Made by a program: the position numbers and the translations under genes
In this document: piece by piece, positions 1 through 11,759 of the stretch
How the letters are laid out: every line of letters starts with the position of its first letter
Position numbering within the stretch: position 1 is the first letter of the stretch
Source: Chiloscyllium plagiosum
Taxonomy: Eukaryota
Assembly (NCBI RefSeq): GCF_004010195.1
Contig: NC_057719.1
Location: 10,699,341 to 10,763,340 of the forward strand
Length of the DNA: 64,000 nt
Direction of reading: 5' to 3'
The notes under the pieces: model-generated
What the model was told of the DNA's origin: nothing
Database searches by the model: none
Seen by the model: only the letters and a program-made list of their open reading frames with translations

Positions 1-159
1 TATTTATACTCACTGCTTTCCTTACCGGCTGCCCCTCTGGTCTTCGTCACTTCCCCCTGCTGCTCCCGCTCTTTCTGTGAAGAGAAAGAAAAACACCGCT
101 GCCCGCTACCGGTAAGTAATTTTAAAACACACTGTCTTACCTTAGCTTCTGCTCGCACT

Positions 160-1790
160 CGGACTTGTAATTGTATCTACAATTACAATTCTGCAAATTC
201 ACATTCACCCCATAGATTTGTGTGTGTGTGCGTGCATGTGAGGGAGACAGAGTGTGCATGAGTGCATGTGCGTGTGAATGCATGTGAGAGTGTGTATTTG
301 AGTGTGTGCATGCTCGGTGGAGTATGTGTGTGTGAGGTAGAATGTGTGCATGTGTGACAGAGTATAAGCCTGTGAGAATGTCCCTGCGTGAGTGTGAGTG
401 CGGAAGGTGTATAAGAGTGTGTCTGAGAGACTGCATGTTTGTGTGTGTAGTAGGTTCACCTGTATTGTGACCGAATCCAAAGTCCTGGTTGAGGCCATCC
501 CCATGGGTACCAAACTTGGCTCTCAGCCTCTTCTTAGTCACTCTGCATTGTTGTGTATCCTGAAGTCCACCTTGGAGGACGGTCACCCAAAGATCTGAGG
601 CCAAGTGCCCCTGACCACTGATGTGTTTGCCGACTTGGAGGGAAGATCCCTGTCTGGTGATCGTTGTGTGGTGAAAAATGTGTTGCTGGAAAAGCGCAGC
701 AGGTCAGGCAGCATCCAAGGAGCAGGAGAATCAACATTTTGGGCATAAGCCCTTCTTCTGAAGAAGGGCTTCTGCCCTAAACTTCGATTCTCCTGCTCCT
801 TGGATGCTGCCTGACCTGCTGTGCTTTTCCAGCAACACATTTTTCAGCTCTGATCTCCAGCATCTGCAGTCCTCACTTTCTCCCGATTGTTGTGTGGTGT
901 CCATTCATCTGTTATCCTAGAATCTGCTTGGTCTTGCCAATGTATTATGCTTCGGGGCATCCATGCCGACATGTCAGAGCTGGCAATTGATGAGTTGAGC
1001 ATCGTACCCTGTTCTTATGAGGTCGTCCTTCAGCACCTTCAGGTGTCCACCGCATTCCTCCTCATCTCAACAGATCCTGAACAGATCAGTATGTGTAGGG
1101 CTTGCCTATATGGGATGGCTGTTTTAACATGTTTAGGGTGGAAGCAAGAGAAGTGTAGCGTCGTGAGGTTATCCATGGGTTTGCAGTAGAGTGAGGTACT
1201 GACGTGCCTGTCCTTGATGGAGAATGGCCAAGAATGAGACAGATACTAAAAGGTAGTCTTTGGTATGTCTGGTGGGATGAAACTCGTTGATATCACTGTG
1301 TAATTCTTTCAGTGACTCCTCGCCATGAGTCCAGAGGAAGAAAATGTTGTCAATATGTCTGGTCTACAGTGCTGGTTGGAGCTCCTCTGCAGTAAAGAAG
1401 TGTTGATTGAACCTGTGCATGAAAATGTTAGCATATTGGGGTGAAGATTTGGTCCCAATGGCTGTTCTGTGCATCTAGATGAAGAACTGGTTATCAAAGG
1501 TGAAAACATTGTGGTCAAGGATGAAGCAGATGAGTTGTAGGATGGTGCTCAGAGATTGGCACTTGTTGGTATTGAGTACTGAGGCTGTTGCAGCAATATC
1601 ATCGTCATGGGGGATGCTGGTGTAGAGTGCTGAAATGTCCATTGAGATGAGGAATGCTCCTGCTTCAACTAGTCCGTGGGTGCTGAGTTTCTGTAAGGAA
1701 TCTGTAATGTCACGACAGAAGCTGGGGTTCCCCTGTAGAATGGATTTCAAGATGCCCTCGACATAGCAGGTAGGTTCTCACACAGGGTTC
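160..1790 (-). mobile_element. Penelope-like retroelement, decayed RT + GIY-YIG endonuclease + CA-rich 3' region
   Basis: Minus-strand peptides SFCRDITDSLQKL..LISMDISALYTSIPHDD (PLE RT motif) and VLQGGLQDTQQ..KFGTHGDGLNQDFGF (GIY-YIG C-terminus); frameshifts and stops; interrupted at 674-884. Confidence 0.85.
674..884. mobile_element. Penelope-derived hairpin mini-element
   Basis: Long inverted repeat centred at ~757; flanked by GAT(C/T)GTTGTGTGGTG at 659-673 and 885-899. Confidence 0.8.
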
Positions 1791-1794
1791 ACAT

Positions 1795-2525
1795 ATACTC
1801 CTGCTCTCTCTCTCTCACACTCTCTCACTATGTCTCACTCTCTCTCACTCTCTCTCACTCTCACTCACTTTCACTCTCACTCGCTCTCGCTCTCGCTCTC
1901 GCTCTCACTGTCTCACTCTCTCTCTGTCACTCTCTCTCTCTCACTTTCCCTCACATGCACGCACACACACATTTAAGTTTATGGGGTGAATTTGCATTTG
2001 TAGAATTGTAATTCCAGATACATTCTTTTTTGTTAAAAAATAACACACAATCTGCAGGCAGTCAATGCTAGCAGTCAATCCATGTAACATTTTATAAATT
2101 TCTACTTTCAAAATAAAACCAGTCTGGCTCAAGATTGGGGAAACAGACAGACTCTAACCTCACACCTTTAGTGCACTGTCTGAGCTGAGATATCACCTTT
2201 TTTAAAATTAAAACCTTAAGTTATCTCAAGTATATGATTGGCAAGAAGTTCTGGGAGTTTCATATTAATGAACTGAAACTGCAATCCATTCTAAAAGATG
2301 AACGACTTAATAGCAATCTAAGTTTGTTCAATATATTGCATGAGTTGCATGACACTGGGATCTTTTGTTATACAATCTGTGATTAATGATTTTTCTCCAA
2401 GCTCCGTGATGGAGGAGTAGTGTTCTGAAAGCTAGTTCTTCCAAATGAACCTTTTGGACTATAACCTGGTATTGTGTGATTTTTATCTTTGTCCACCCCA
2501 GTCCAACACCAGCACGTCCACTCCA
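1795..2525 (+). mobile_element. Penelope-like 3' terminal region, inverted relative to 160-450
   Basis: 1980-2020 matches the reverse complement of 160-215; CT/CA-rich tract; end (GAAAGCTAG..GGACTATAACCTGG) shared with 9130-9228 and 37516-37668. Confidence 0.7.
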
Positions 2526-3074
2526 AGAGATAGAAAGAGCCATAAGCAATGTTGACCTTCCTGTTCACAAGCACTTGAAAATTCCAGCGCAGCAGCATTT
2601 CAAATCATATAGACCGTTTGAGGAAAGAAAAATGCTAATATGGAGGCAGCGGTTATTAACCAACTATCCACATGGATGGAATAGTCAGATACATGGAGCA
2701 TAAAGAGCTGACACTGCGTCACTGAACTAACATGGTGGAGGTGACGGCATTGTCCATGTCACTGACTTAACAGCATGGCAATGTTCCACTAAATCCATGG
2801 ACACCCAGGCCATAGTCAATGCCATCACCTCCACCATAGGTAGGTGTTGAGAGACAGCCTGAAGTGCATGAGTGATCGTGAGTCTCAAATCATGGTACAC
2901 AAAATAATTAATTATTATGAATTACAATTATTCATTCAAAAATGGTGGACCGAGAATATTGTAGATCGTGCAGCTGCTCCTGATATTCAAGCTAATTTCC
3001 AGATTTACTTCTAGATTTCTTACAGCTATTATATTTCAGTACTATAAAATTTTTATTTTGATTAATTTCATATT

Positions 3075-3350
3075 GTTGAGGTGAGAGGTGAAAGATTTTA
3101 AAAAAGACGAGGGGCAATTTTTGTTTTACACACAGAGAGTGGGTCATGTTTGGAATGAACTTCCAGAGGAAGTGATGGGTGTGGGTACAGACTGAAAGTT
3201 TAAAAGACATTGAGATAAGTTCATGAATAGGAAATGTTGGAGGGATATGGGCCAAGTGTGTGCAGGTGGGACTAGTTTAGTTTGGGACTTTGGTCGGCAT
3301 GGACTGGTTGTTTCGGATGGGTCTATTTCTGTGCTGTATGAGTCTATAAC
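3075..3350 (+). mobile_element. CR1 LINE 3' fragment
   Basis: Similar to the ORF2 C-terminus (..TQRV..WNELPEEV) and 3' UTR of other CR1 copies in the window. Confidence 0.8.
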
Positions 3351-3426
3351 GCTAAACATGCCCACTAAGATCAATTACAGGAAGCACCCCATCTCCGCAC
3401 ATGGCATCTTAAGAAGCTATCAAATG

Positions 3427-3752
3427 AGCAGCACAGTTGCTCAGTGGTTAGCACTGCTGCCTCACAGCACCAAGTACCTGGATTTGATTCCAGTCTCAGT
3501 CTGTGAGGCATTTGCATATTCTCTCAGTGTTTGCGTAGGTTTCCTCCGGATGCTCCTGTTTTCTCCGACAGTCCAAAGATGTGCAGGTCAGGTGGATTGG
3601 CCATGCTAAATTGCCCGTAGTGTTCAGGGGTATGCAGGTGGGTTAGATGTGGAAAATACAGGGATAGGATAGGTGAGGTGGGTCTGGGTGGGGTGCTCTT
3701 CAAAGGGTCGGTGTGGACTCCATGGGCTGAGCAACCATGGAGAGACTCTATG
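3427..3752 (+). mobile_element. HE1-type tRNA-derived V-SINE (diverged)
   Basis: Head GCTCAGTGGTTAGCACTGCTGCCTCACAGC, central TTTGCATATTCTC..GGTTTCCTCCGG domain, CR1-like tail. Confidence 0.8.
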
Positions 3753-3899
3753 GTACATAAGAAAATTCATCCCCAGAAGTGGGGAATAAAATTGTTCCAA
3801 CCAATGCCTTTCAGGGTAGGTAGATGTACAGATTTGGTCCCTTTACCGTGAAAGGATGTCCTTGCCACAGAGATAATGCAAAGTTCACAGTTCTAGTTC

Positions 3900-4350
3900 C
3901 TAGATTGGCAGGATTTTCCTCTCGGGAGAAATTAAGGAAACAGGGCCTGTATTCTCTAAAGTTTAGAAAATGAGGTGACCAGTTTGAAACTTGCCAAATT
4001 TCTCCAGTAATGGATGAGACAGGTGCAGGAAGAGTGTTTCCGCTCATTCAAGGGTTTGGAACTAGGGGATAGATGTTCAGGATAAGTGGACAAGCAATTT
4101 AGGACTGGGATGAGGAGGAATGGCTTCAACTGAGAGGGTGGCAAATTTTTGGAATGTTCCATCTCAGGCGGCTATGAACAGTCAATCACGCAGTGCATTA
4201 AAGACAGTGACTGAAGACTTCAGCAGATTAAAGGTATCTAGGAATATGGGGATAATGTGGGAAAATGGATTTCTGATAGACGATCACCCATGATCTAGTT
4301 GAATGATGAAGGAAGCCCATGGAGCTGAATGACCCCTCCTGCTCCCATGT
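3900..4350 (+). mobile_element. Old CR1 LINE 3' fragment
   Basis: Degenerate GLYSLKFRK..ETC region and 3' UTR. Confidence 0.65.
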
Positions 4351-4580
4351 TCCAATGAATTGGAAGAATCCTGAGATCTTAAAGGCCTGAGAGGCTGGAG
4401 GAGGTAAGGACCCAATGGAGGGAATTGAACACAAGGATGAGAATTTTGAAGTCAAGTTATTTTTAAATTATGAATCCATATGGGTCAGCGAGCTCAGGCG
4501 GGATGGGTGAACGGAACTTGGTGTGAGCTGAGAGTGCGGTCTAGAAAAGCACAGCCAGTCAGGGAGCATCTGAGGAGCAG

Positions 4581-4620
4581 GAGAATCGACGTTTCAAGCA
4601 TAAGCTCTTCATCAGGAATG
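4581..4620 (-). ncRNA. Minimal type I hammerhead ribozyme motif in a Penelope terminal unit (~4530-4620)
   Basis: Minus strand reads CUGAUGA-A-GAGC-uuau-GCUU-GAAAC-GUC; ACGU palindromic stem III. Confidence 0.6.
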
Positions 4621-5474
4621 GTACATAGAACATGAACAGCAGAGCTCTGGGCAAGCTCAAGTTGGAAGATGGAAGTCTATACAGGAGACTTTAAAAGCAT
4701 GGCTACTTGTTGTGCACTTTCCTGCTTCTCTCCTAGTTTCTGTCATTTCTCATTTTCCTTCTATGTTCCCTGTAAATTACTGAAGTCATAATATAGAATT
4801 TGTAACTGTCAGAGGGCAAATTACCTCAGAACACTACAGCAGGAGATTTGCAGTAAGAGATTTTATCTTCCCTTAAGCCAAAAGAAAGCAAATTCTTTCT
4901 TCCTGACAGAATAGCAAGGTTAGCAAGTTAAGGATTTCTGAATGATCTCTGAGGTTCTTGCCTGTGTTTTGATTGGTGGAACCGGGTGCAGCAATGTCAC
5001 CTAGGATAGTTTTCAGAATTGGGTTGTGAACATGTCAGAGCCATGATAGAGCCACCTAATGTTTTATTTCATTTCAAGCTCATAGGGTGATGATTTAACC
5101 TGCGGGTCACCACACCTCAGGCAAGGGGAGAGGATGAGAAACAGAATCCTTCAAGGTAACCTCAGCTATTGCAGGAAGTCAATCCATACTGTTGGCATCA
5201 CTAACCAGACCTTATCTTATGGTCAGGTAAGACTAAGTCAACTTTATCTTTCCCTTCATTCCAAACAAAATTGTTTTCATAAATTTAACTGATGTGCAGA
5301 GTTTGTGCACATTAATCATATTAGTCATAGGCATATTTGATTAGCTGGCAGTTAAAACCTGTAAAAGATAGATATACTACAATGTTTACTGGCTAAGGCA
5401 AAACACTCAGCCAGTAGCCCATTACTGGAACAGTACTGAAGGAGTTATATACTGTTCAAGGTGCCTTTCTATGT

Positions 5475-5975
5475 TAGGAGTGTTATGGAATACTCCCCAC
5501 TTGCCTGCTGGGTCCAGTTCTAGCAGTACTCAAGAAACCTGACACCATCTAGGACAAAGCAGTCATCCAATTGATTGGCACCACATCCACAAGCACCTGT
5601 TCCCCTCCACCACCAATGCTCAGTAGCAGCAGTGTGTACTATCTACAAAATGCATAGTAGAAATTCACCTCAGACAGTGCCTTCCATTGCCAATGGCTTC
5701 CACAAGCCATTGGCCACTTTCAGCGAGATGGACAAGGATAGCTACATTATGGGATCAATATCACCTGCAAGATACCATCCAAGCCATTCAGCATCCTGAC
5801 ATATGTTGCATTTCCTGCAGTGCTGCTAACTAAAAATCCAGGAAATCCCTCCCTAATGATATTATGAGTATATCTACATCTAATGGACTGCGGCAGCTCA
5901 AGATTAGAGCTCTCCACCACATTCCCCAGGATAGTTAGCAATGGCCAATCGATGCTAGCACAGCCATGAATGATT
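5475..5975 (+). mobile_element. CR1-clade LINE, second family (Zenon-like), 3' fragment
   Basis: VRSVMEYSPLA..LKKPDTI.DKA and SVAAVCTIYKMH, matching 41165-42140. Confidence 0.75.
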
Positions 5976-6126
5976 TTTTTTAAAAATGTTGCCGTAACTT
6001 CTGCATAGTGCGAACAACTCGCAATGAAATGCCTAGCCTTGTTGTCGAATCCCTCCATGTGGGAGCAGGCCATTCAGCCCACCCACCCCTGTAACCCTGC
6101 ATTTCCCATGGCTCTGTGTGCAAACT

Positions 6127-6440
6127 GGGGTGGCACGGTGGCTCATTGGTTAGCACTGCTGCGTCATGGGACCTGGGTTCGATTCCACCCTCGGGTGACC
6201 GTCTGTGTGGAGTTTGCACATTCTCCCCACCTCTATGTGGGTGTGCTCCAGTTTCTTTCCGCATCCAAAGATGTGCAGATGAGGTAGATTAGTCATGCTA
6301 AATTGCCCACTGTATCCAGGGATATCTAGGCAAAGTGCGTTAGTCATGTAGGGATAGGGTAACTGGGTGGAATGGTCTTCAGAGGATTGGTGTAGACTTG
6401 ATGGACCAAGTGGCCTGCTTGCACACTGTAGGGATTTTAG
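6127..6440 (+). mobile_element. HE1-type V-SINE
   Basis: tRNA A/B boxes (TGGCTCATTGG; GGTTCGATTCC) + V domain. Confidence 0.85.
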
Positions 6441-6803
6441 GCTGTAGCATTAAAGCTGATTTGGATCATAGTTCCAAGACTTGCAATCCTGTTTATTTTC
6501 TTTGTGCAATTTTTATTCCGGGCTGGAATCCAAGCAGGTGTCCCAAGCTGAATGTAAGTATTCAGACTTCAATGTGGCTGATTAGGGACCTTTTGAGAAC
6601 ATTGAAAGTTTCTCCAGTGGAGGAACTGCTTGAGGCTATGGACTTATTGGGTTGCCTATGCTGCTTGCCAGTTTGATTCCTTAAGATTCTTGTTCAATGG
6701 AAAATAAGGTTGTACTCTGAGTCGGGGAACAGATAGAATTGGTGATGAAGTACTGAGGTATAGACCATGACTTTGTTAGGATGGATGGTCTGAATGATGA
6801 GAT

Positions 6804-7352
6804 AGGTAAAAACAAGGACTGCAGATGCTGGAAACCAGAGACTAGATCAGAGTGGTGCTGGAAAAGCACAGCAGGTCAGGCAGCATCCGAGGAGCAGGAA
6901 AACCAACATTTCGGGCAAAGGCCCTTCATCGGGAATAGAGGCAGGGTGCCTGCAGAGTGGAGAGATAAATGAGAGGGGGTGGAAAGAAAGTAGCATAGAG
7001 TACAATAGGTGAATGGGGATAAAGTTGATAGGTCAGAGAGGAGGGTAGAGTGGATAGGTGGAAATGAAGATAAGCAGCTAGGAGAGGTCATGAAGGCGGT
7101 GCTGAGCTGGATGTTTGGAGCTGGGGTGAAGTGGGGGGAAGGGAAAATGAGGAAACTAGTGAAATGCACAGAGTGGGAGGGGGAGTTGAAATGTTGGGCC
7201 ACAGGGCGGTGGGGTTGATTAGTGCGGGTGTCCTGGAGATGTTCCCTAAAGCACTGTGCTAGGAGGCGTCCAGTCTCCCCAATGTAGAGGAGACCGCACC
7301 GGGAGCAACGGATACAATAAATGATATTGGTGGATGTGCAGGTAAAACTGCA
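6804..7352 (-). mobile_element. Penelope-like 3' fragment (GIY-YIG end + terminal unit)
   Basis: Minus strand NIIYCIRCSRCGLLYIGETGR (GIY-YIG) and AQHFNSPSHS; GGTCTGAATGAT duplicated at 6787 and 7353. Confidence 0.8.
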
Positions 7353-7870
7353 GGTCTGAATGATAAATCAATGCAAGCACATAACGACTGAGAGGATCAT
7401 TGGTTTCGCTTTACCTGTCATCATTGATTAACTAATAAAGGTAATAATCAGAAAACTTCTTTATATTTAAAAAAGACTTTTAGGTACTTTTAGATTTTGA
7501 TTTTAGATTTTAGATTTTATTGTCATGTATACTCAAGTACAGGAGTACAGTGAAATGTGTATAATGTCACCACACATGGTGCTATCTTAGGTACCATAGT
7601 AGTAAGGGAAACGAGAGTTAAGAAGTTAAGCACTATTTCATAGAACACTCGAAAAAATAAAGAAATAGGTTATGTTTACATCAAAATCTTGGAAAATAAT
7701 GGAATAAGCTAAAAGTTCAACATTTTTTGATAAGTTCTCTGCTTTTCTCGTTCTCCAGGAGACCTCAGCTGTCTGTTCTCAAAGCAGGTTCCATCGCTGT
7801 TGCTGGAACTGCCGCCTCTCTGATCTTCCCTTGTCCCGCGGGAACATGCCCAGGCAAGTTCCACTCACAC

Positions 7871-8071
7871 AGGCAAAAACAATGACTGCAGATGCAGGAA
7901 ACCAGATTCTGAATTAGTGGTGCTGGAAAAGCACAGCAGTTCAGGCAGCATCCGAAGAGCAGCAAAATCGACGTTTCGGGCAAAAGCCCTTCATCTGCCC
8001 GAAACGTCGATTTCGCTGCTCCTTGGATGCTGCCTGAATTGCTGTGCTCTTCCAGCACCACTAATCCAAGA
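7871..8071. mobile_element. Penelope-derived hairpin mini-element
   Basis: Inverted arms; TSD TCCACTCACAC at 7860-7870 and 8072-8082. Confidence 0.8.
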
Positions 8072-8089
8072 TCCACTCACACGCCAAAC

Positions 8090-8770
8090 TGAGACACTGC
8101 CATGAGCCGCCAAAAGACCAGGCCTGGGACCCACCATGCAACATCGAGACACCAGGCGCAGAGATGGTGGGTGACCAGGCCTGGGACCTACCATCAGCCA
8201 CGGAGAGACCAGACCAGGCCCAGGAACCACCACAGGATGCGCAGAGACTAGGACAGAACTAGGTCAAGGCAGAAAGCGTCCAGGTCAGGAGACAGACACC
8301 AGACCAGGACCTGCCACAAGATGCTGAGAGACCAGGCTGGGACCTGGGAAAAGATGGCGAGAGACCAGGCCAGGTTCTGCCACAAAGTGCTGAGAGACCA
8401 GGCCTGGGACCTACCACAAGATGCTGAGAGACCGGCTGGGACCTGCGAAAAGATGACGAGAGACCAGGCCAGGTTCTGCCACAAGATGGTGAGAGACCAG
8501 GCCTGGGACCTGCCACAAGATGCTGAGAGACCAGGCCGGGACCTGCCAGGAGGCAGTGAGAGACCAGGCTGGGACCCGCCACAATATGATGGGAGACCAG
8601 GCTGGGGACCCATGAGAGACAGTGAGAGACCAGGCCAGGGACCCATGAGAGACAGTGAGAGACCAGACCAGGGACCCACGAGAGATGGTGAGAGACCAGG
8701 CTGGGACCCACCTCAAGCCACCAGAAGACCAGGCTGAGAGCTGCTGGAGACAGAGGCCAGACCCACCAAG
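8090..8770. repeat. GC-rich minisatellite, ~31-32 bp unit (GAGAGACCAGGCYGGGACCTGCCACAAGATGCT)
   Basis: Roughly 20 degenerate units; accounts for the repetitive ORFs on both strands. Confidence 0.9.
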
Positions 8771-9964
8771 AGCCCCAAAGGGAGGAAAACAAGAAAAGGA
8801 ACAGGAGGAGCATCCTACTCTCCCGCCATCTCAACTGGAAGTGTACAGTATCTTTTACGAGCTCATTACATCCAACACAGTCCTTTTGAAATGTAATTGC
8901 TTGTTGTAATGTAGAAAGCAAATAGGCAATTTATATACAGCAAGATACCACAAATAACAATAAAATTAGAAATAAATAGGAGCAGGAGCAGGCGATTCAG
9001 CCCTTCAATATGATCATGGCTGATCATCCAACTCAGTGCCTGTTCCTGCTTACCCCCCTTCCTACAGCCTTTGATAGAAATTAGAAAGTAGGAGCTAACT
9101 CTTGATAACTATTATCATATAACTATTATGATTTGGAGATGCCAATGCGGGACTGGGGCTCAGAAAGCTAGTGATTCCAATTGAACCTGTTGGACGATAA
9201 CCTGGTGTTGTGTGATTTTTAACTTTATGAAGCTATTGTTATGATTCCAGGTGAGAACTGCAATTCTTTGACAATGGACCACATCTCCAAGTCTTTTTAG
9301 TAGTTTTTGTTGCAGCAGAGATGATCTCATTTACTGACAAAGAGAATAAAGTCACAAGACAACATTCTGTTTTAAACAAACAGAAGAGTTTTGCTATGCA
9401 AGAGTAAACAAATCAAACAGTCAACCCTATCTATAATAAAGTCTAACGTTCAGAATTAACGAGGTGAATGTGAATTAATAGACTTCAGTTGAGCACACTA
9501 CAAACTGAATATTGAATTGCAGGCACAGGACAGAGTGAATCCAACCCACTCAGTGCCTGGGAGTCACAAAATAAAATCCTTTAAACACTGTTTTCCTCAC
9601 AGGGGATTTTATCTCCTCCTTTTTGGGGGATCATATATTTCTCTGAGCATGTTCAACTACATCTGTAACTCAGACTTCAATGCACCACCCCGTCATTTCT
9701 CCAGCCTGCAAATGAATTGTCAGGTACACAGACTCCAGCTCGCACTGTCCCAGGGACTGCTCACTTCTTATTATTATCATCTCTTCTCTTGTGACTGTGA
9801 TCCCACTGTGTTTATAAAGCTGTGCTTCAGCATCTAATCACCAGCATGATTCCTGGCCCCTGGCGGAGCTGACAACACCATCGCTCAAGGGCATCAGGGA
9901 AAATAGAAGCAGTTATACTGGAGAATTAATATATAATTCTCCATTTTGAAAGACTATAAGAAGA

Positions 9965-10550
9965 GCCAGACCAGTGTACCTCTTTTATCAGAGCTGCCGA
10001 TAAAGGGGGTGGCAGGGGCAGGGTGGTAAAGTGAGGACAGGTGAAGACTAGTAGAGGGTACAACCTGGTTGGTCAATGAGGGGAATGAATCCGGTTGGTG
10101 GGTGGAAGGAGTGGAAAGGAGGTGGAGGGTCTGGAAAGGGAGTCAGAGGATGGGAAGGGAGGTTACTTGAAATTGGAGAACTCAATGTTGACACCTCTGG
10201 GCTGGAGAAGATGAGATGTTATTCCTCCAATTTGTGGTTTGGTTTGTTGTGGCAATGGAGGAGGCCGAGGATGGTCATGTCAGAAAGGGTGTGAACCTTC
10301 CCATCCCCTGACTCCCCTCCCAGCCACCAACCAGATTGATTCCTCAAATTGACCAACCAGGTCTTACCCTCTACCTGTCTTCACCTATCCCCACTTCACC
10401 ACCCTGCCCCCGCCTCCTCCTTTACCTGCACCTCCCCCTACACCTATCTCCAGTCTTGAAGAAGGTTACACCCAAAACATCAACTTCTCCACCAGCTGAT
10501 ACTGCCTGGCTTGCTGTGTTCTTCCAGCCTCCTGCGTGTCTAGGTTGAGT
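9965..10550. mobile_element. Penelope-like 3' fragments in inverted arrangement
   Basis: 10000-10150 is reverse-complementary to 10295-10430; same family as 39350-39775 (EKQHLIFHLGT). Confidence 0.7.
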
Positions 10551-11759
10551 ATCTGCCGGCGACCGACAACGTTGGGAGTTCAGTGAGGTTTCCCATTGAT
10601 CGAGTGTAGCATTGCTACCCGTCATAAAAGCATGCAGAACGGCAGATGATGAATTAAAGTGTGGCATGAAGGATTGAAACTTTCATCAGGTGCATTTTGC
10701 TAATGTCATTTGAAAATCTGCAATTTGCGAGCTGTGGGTGAGCACCGGATCTGCTTGTCAAGGCTGGTGTATCTAGTGTATCGATGTATACGCTGGAGTA
10801 GTGAGTGAAGGAGACATGCAGATCAAAATACGAGCCTTGAAGTCACACTGTGTAAATACCAGCCTCTGAGTGACTAACACATTTGCATGCAATTTGCCTA
10901 TCCATTATTTTAGTGGCGGCTTACTTTAAAAACTAATACTTGATGAAACCACAGAATATAAATGCTTCAAGTGCTCCTTCTGCAATTTCGGGTTGAAAAT
11001 GGAGAAGAGGAGACCTATAGTGAAAGACACAAAGTAATAGAGAGAGAGAAAGAGAGCAGAGAGAATTGATTTTTTACAGACTTCCAGAAGTAGATAACAA
11101 TGATTTGTGGTGGCCTCTGTGATTATACAGAAAGTAGCTCCCTGGAGCCTGCAATCTCTGCCAAAATTTATACTGCAGCTCTGTTGGATTCCGCGATGAT
11201 CTTTTCCCACTGGATTCAGCTGACTATTTTACTAGCATAGTTATAGTGAATTTTAAATGGCTGGCAATCATACAATGTGTAATTACATCATCACGTTGAC
11301 ACAAAAAGACTGTCTGGCATTTCTAACTTCACTTCAAGTTGTTACATAACATTTTTGACCAATGCTGACTGAAAATAAAGTGTAATGACTAAAAGTAGTC
11401 TCTCTTCAATTGTTCAGGAGTCATACAGTCAGAGAGCATAAAGGGAGACAGTTTGAACCATCACACCTCTGCTGGCTCCTACTTTTTTTTAAACCTCTTT
11501 TCATGTATTTATTCAATTCCCTTTTGGGGACTATCATTGAGTGTCCTTCCACCAGTCTTTCGATATGCATTCCAGATCCTAACAATTTGTTGCATTAAAA
11601 ATAAATTTCATCACCTCTGCAACGGTTTTGGTGATTTCCTTCAATCTGTGTCCTCCGATTACTGACTCTCGTCCAGTGTTGACAATCTTACCTGGAACGC
11701 TATATCAGTAGCCCTCATGATTCTGTAATCCCCTTCAGGTGTGCTGGCCAAAGTATCAA

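Larger units (their letters stand above)
7488..8842 (-). mobile_element. Non-autonomous Rex/Babar-like bipartite element with internal minisatellite
   Basis: Minus-strand 5' ACTTCCAGTTGAGATGGCGG; 3' CACTGTACT..TACATGACAATAAAATCTAAAATC resembles the Rex/Babar tail at 14060-14130. Confidence 0.55.

Noticed and set aside
137..604. 155-aa His/Thr-rich ORF (also 51826-52491)
   Set aside because: Translation of (CA)n-like tracts; at 137-604 fused to a Penelope endonuclease tail
8248..8921. Long ORFs on both strands, and CRISPR-like periodicity
   Set aside because: Stop-poor GC-rich minisatellite; units are contiguous with no unique spacers and no cas genes; eukaryotic context
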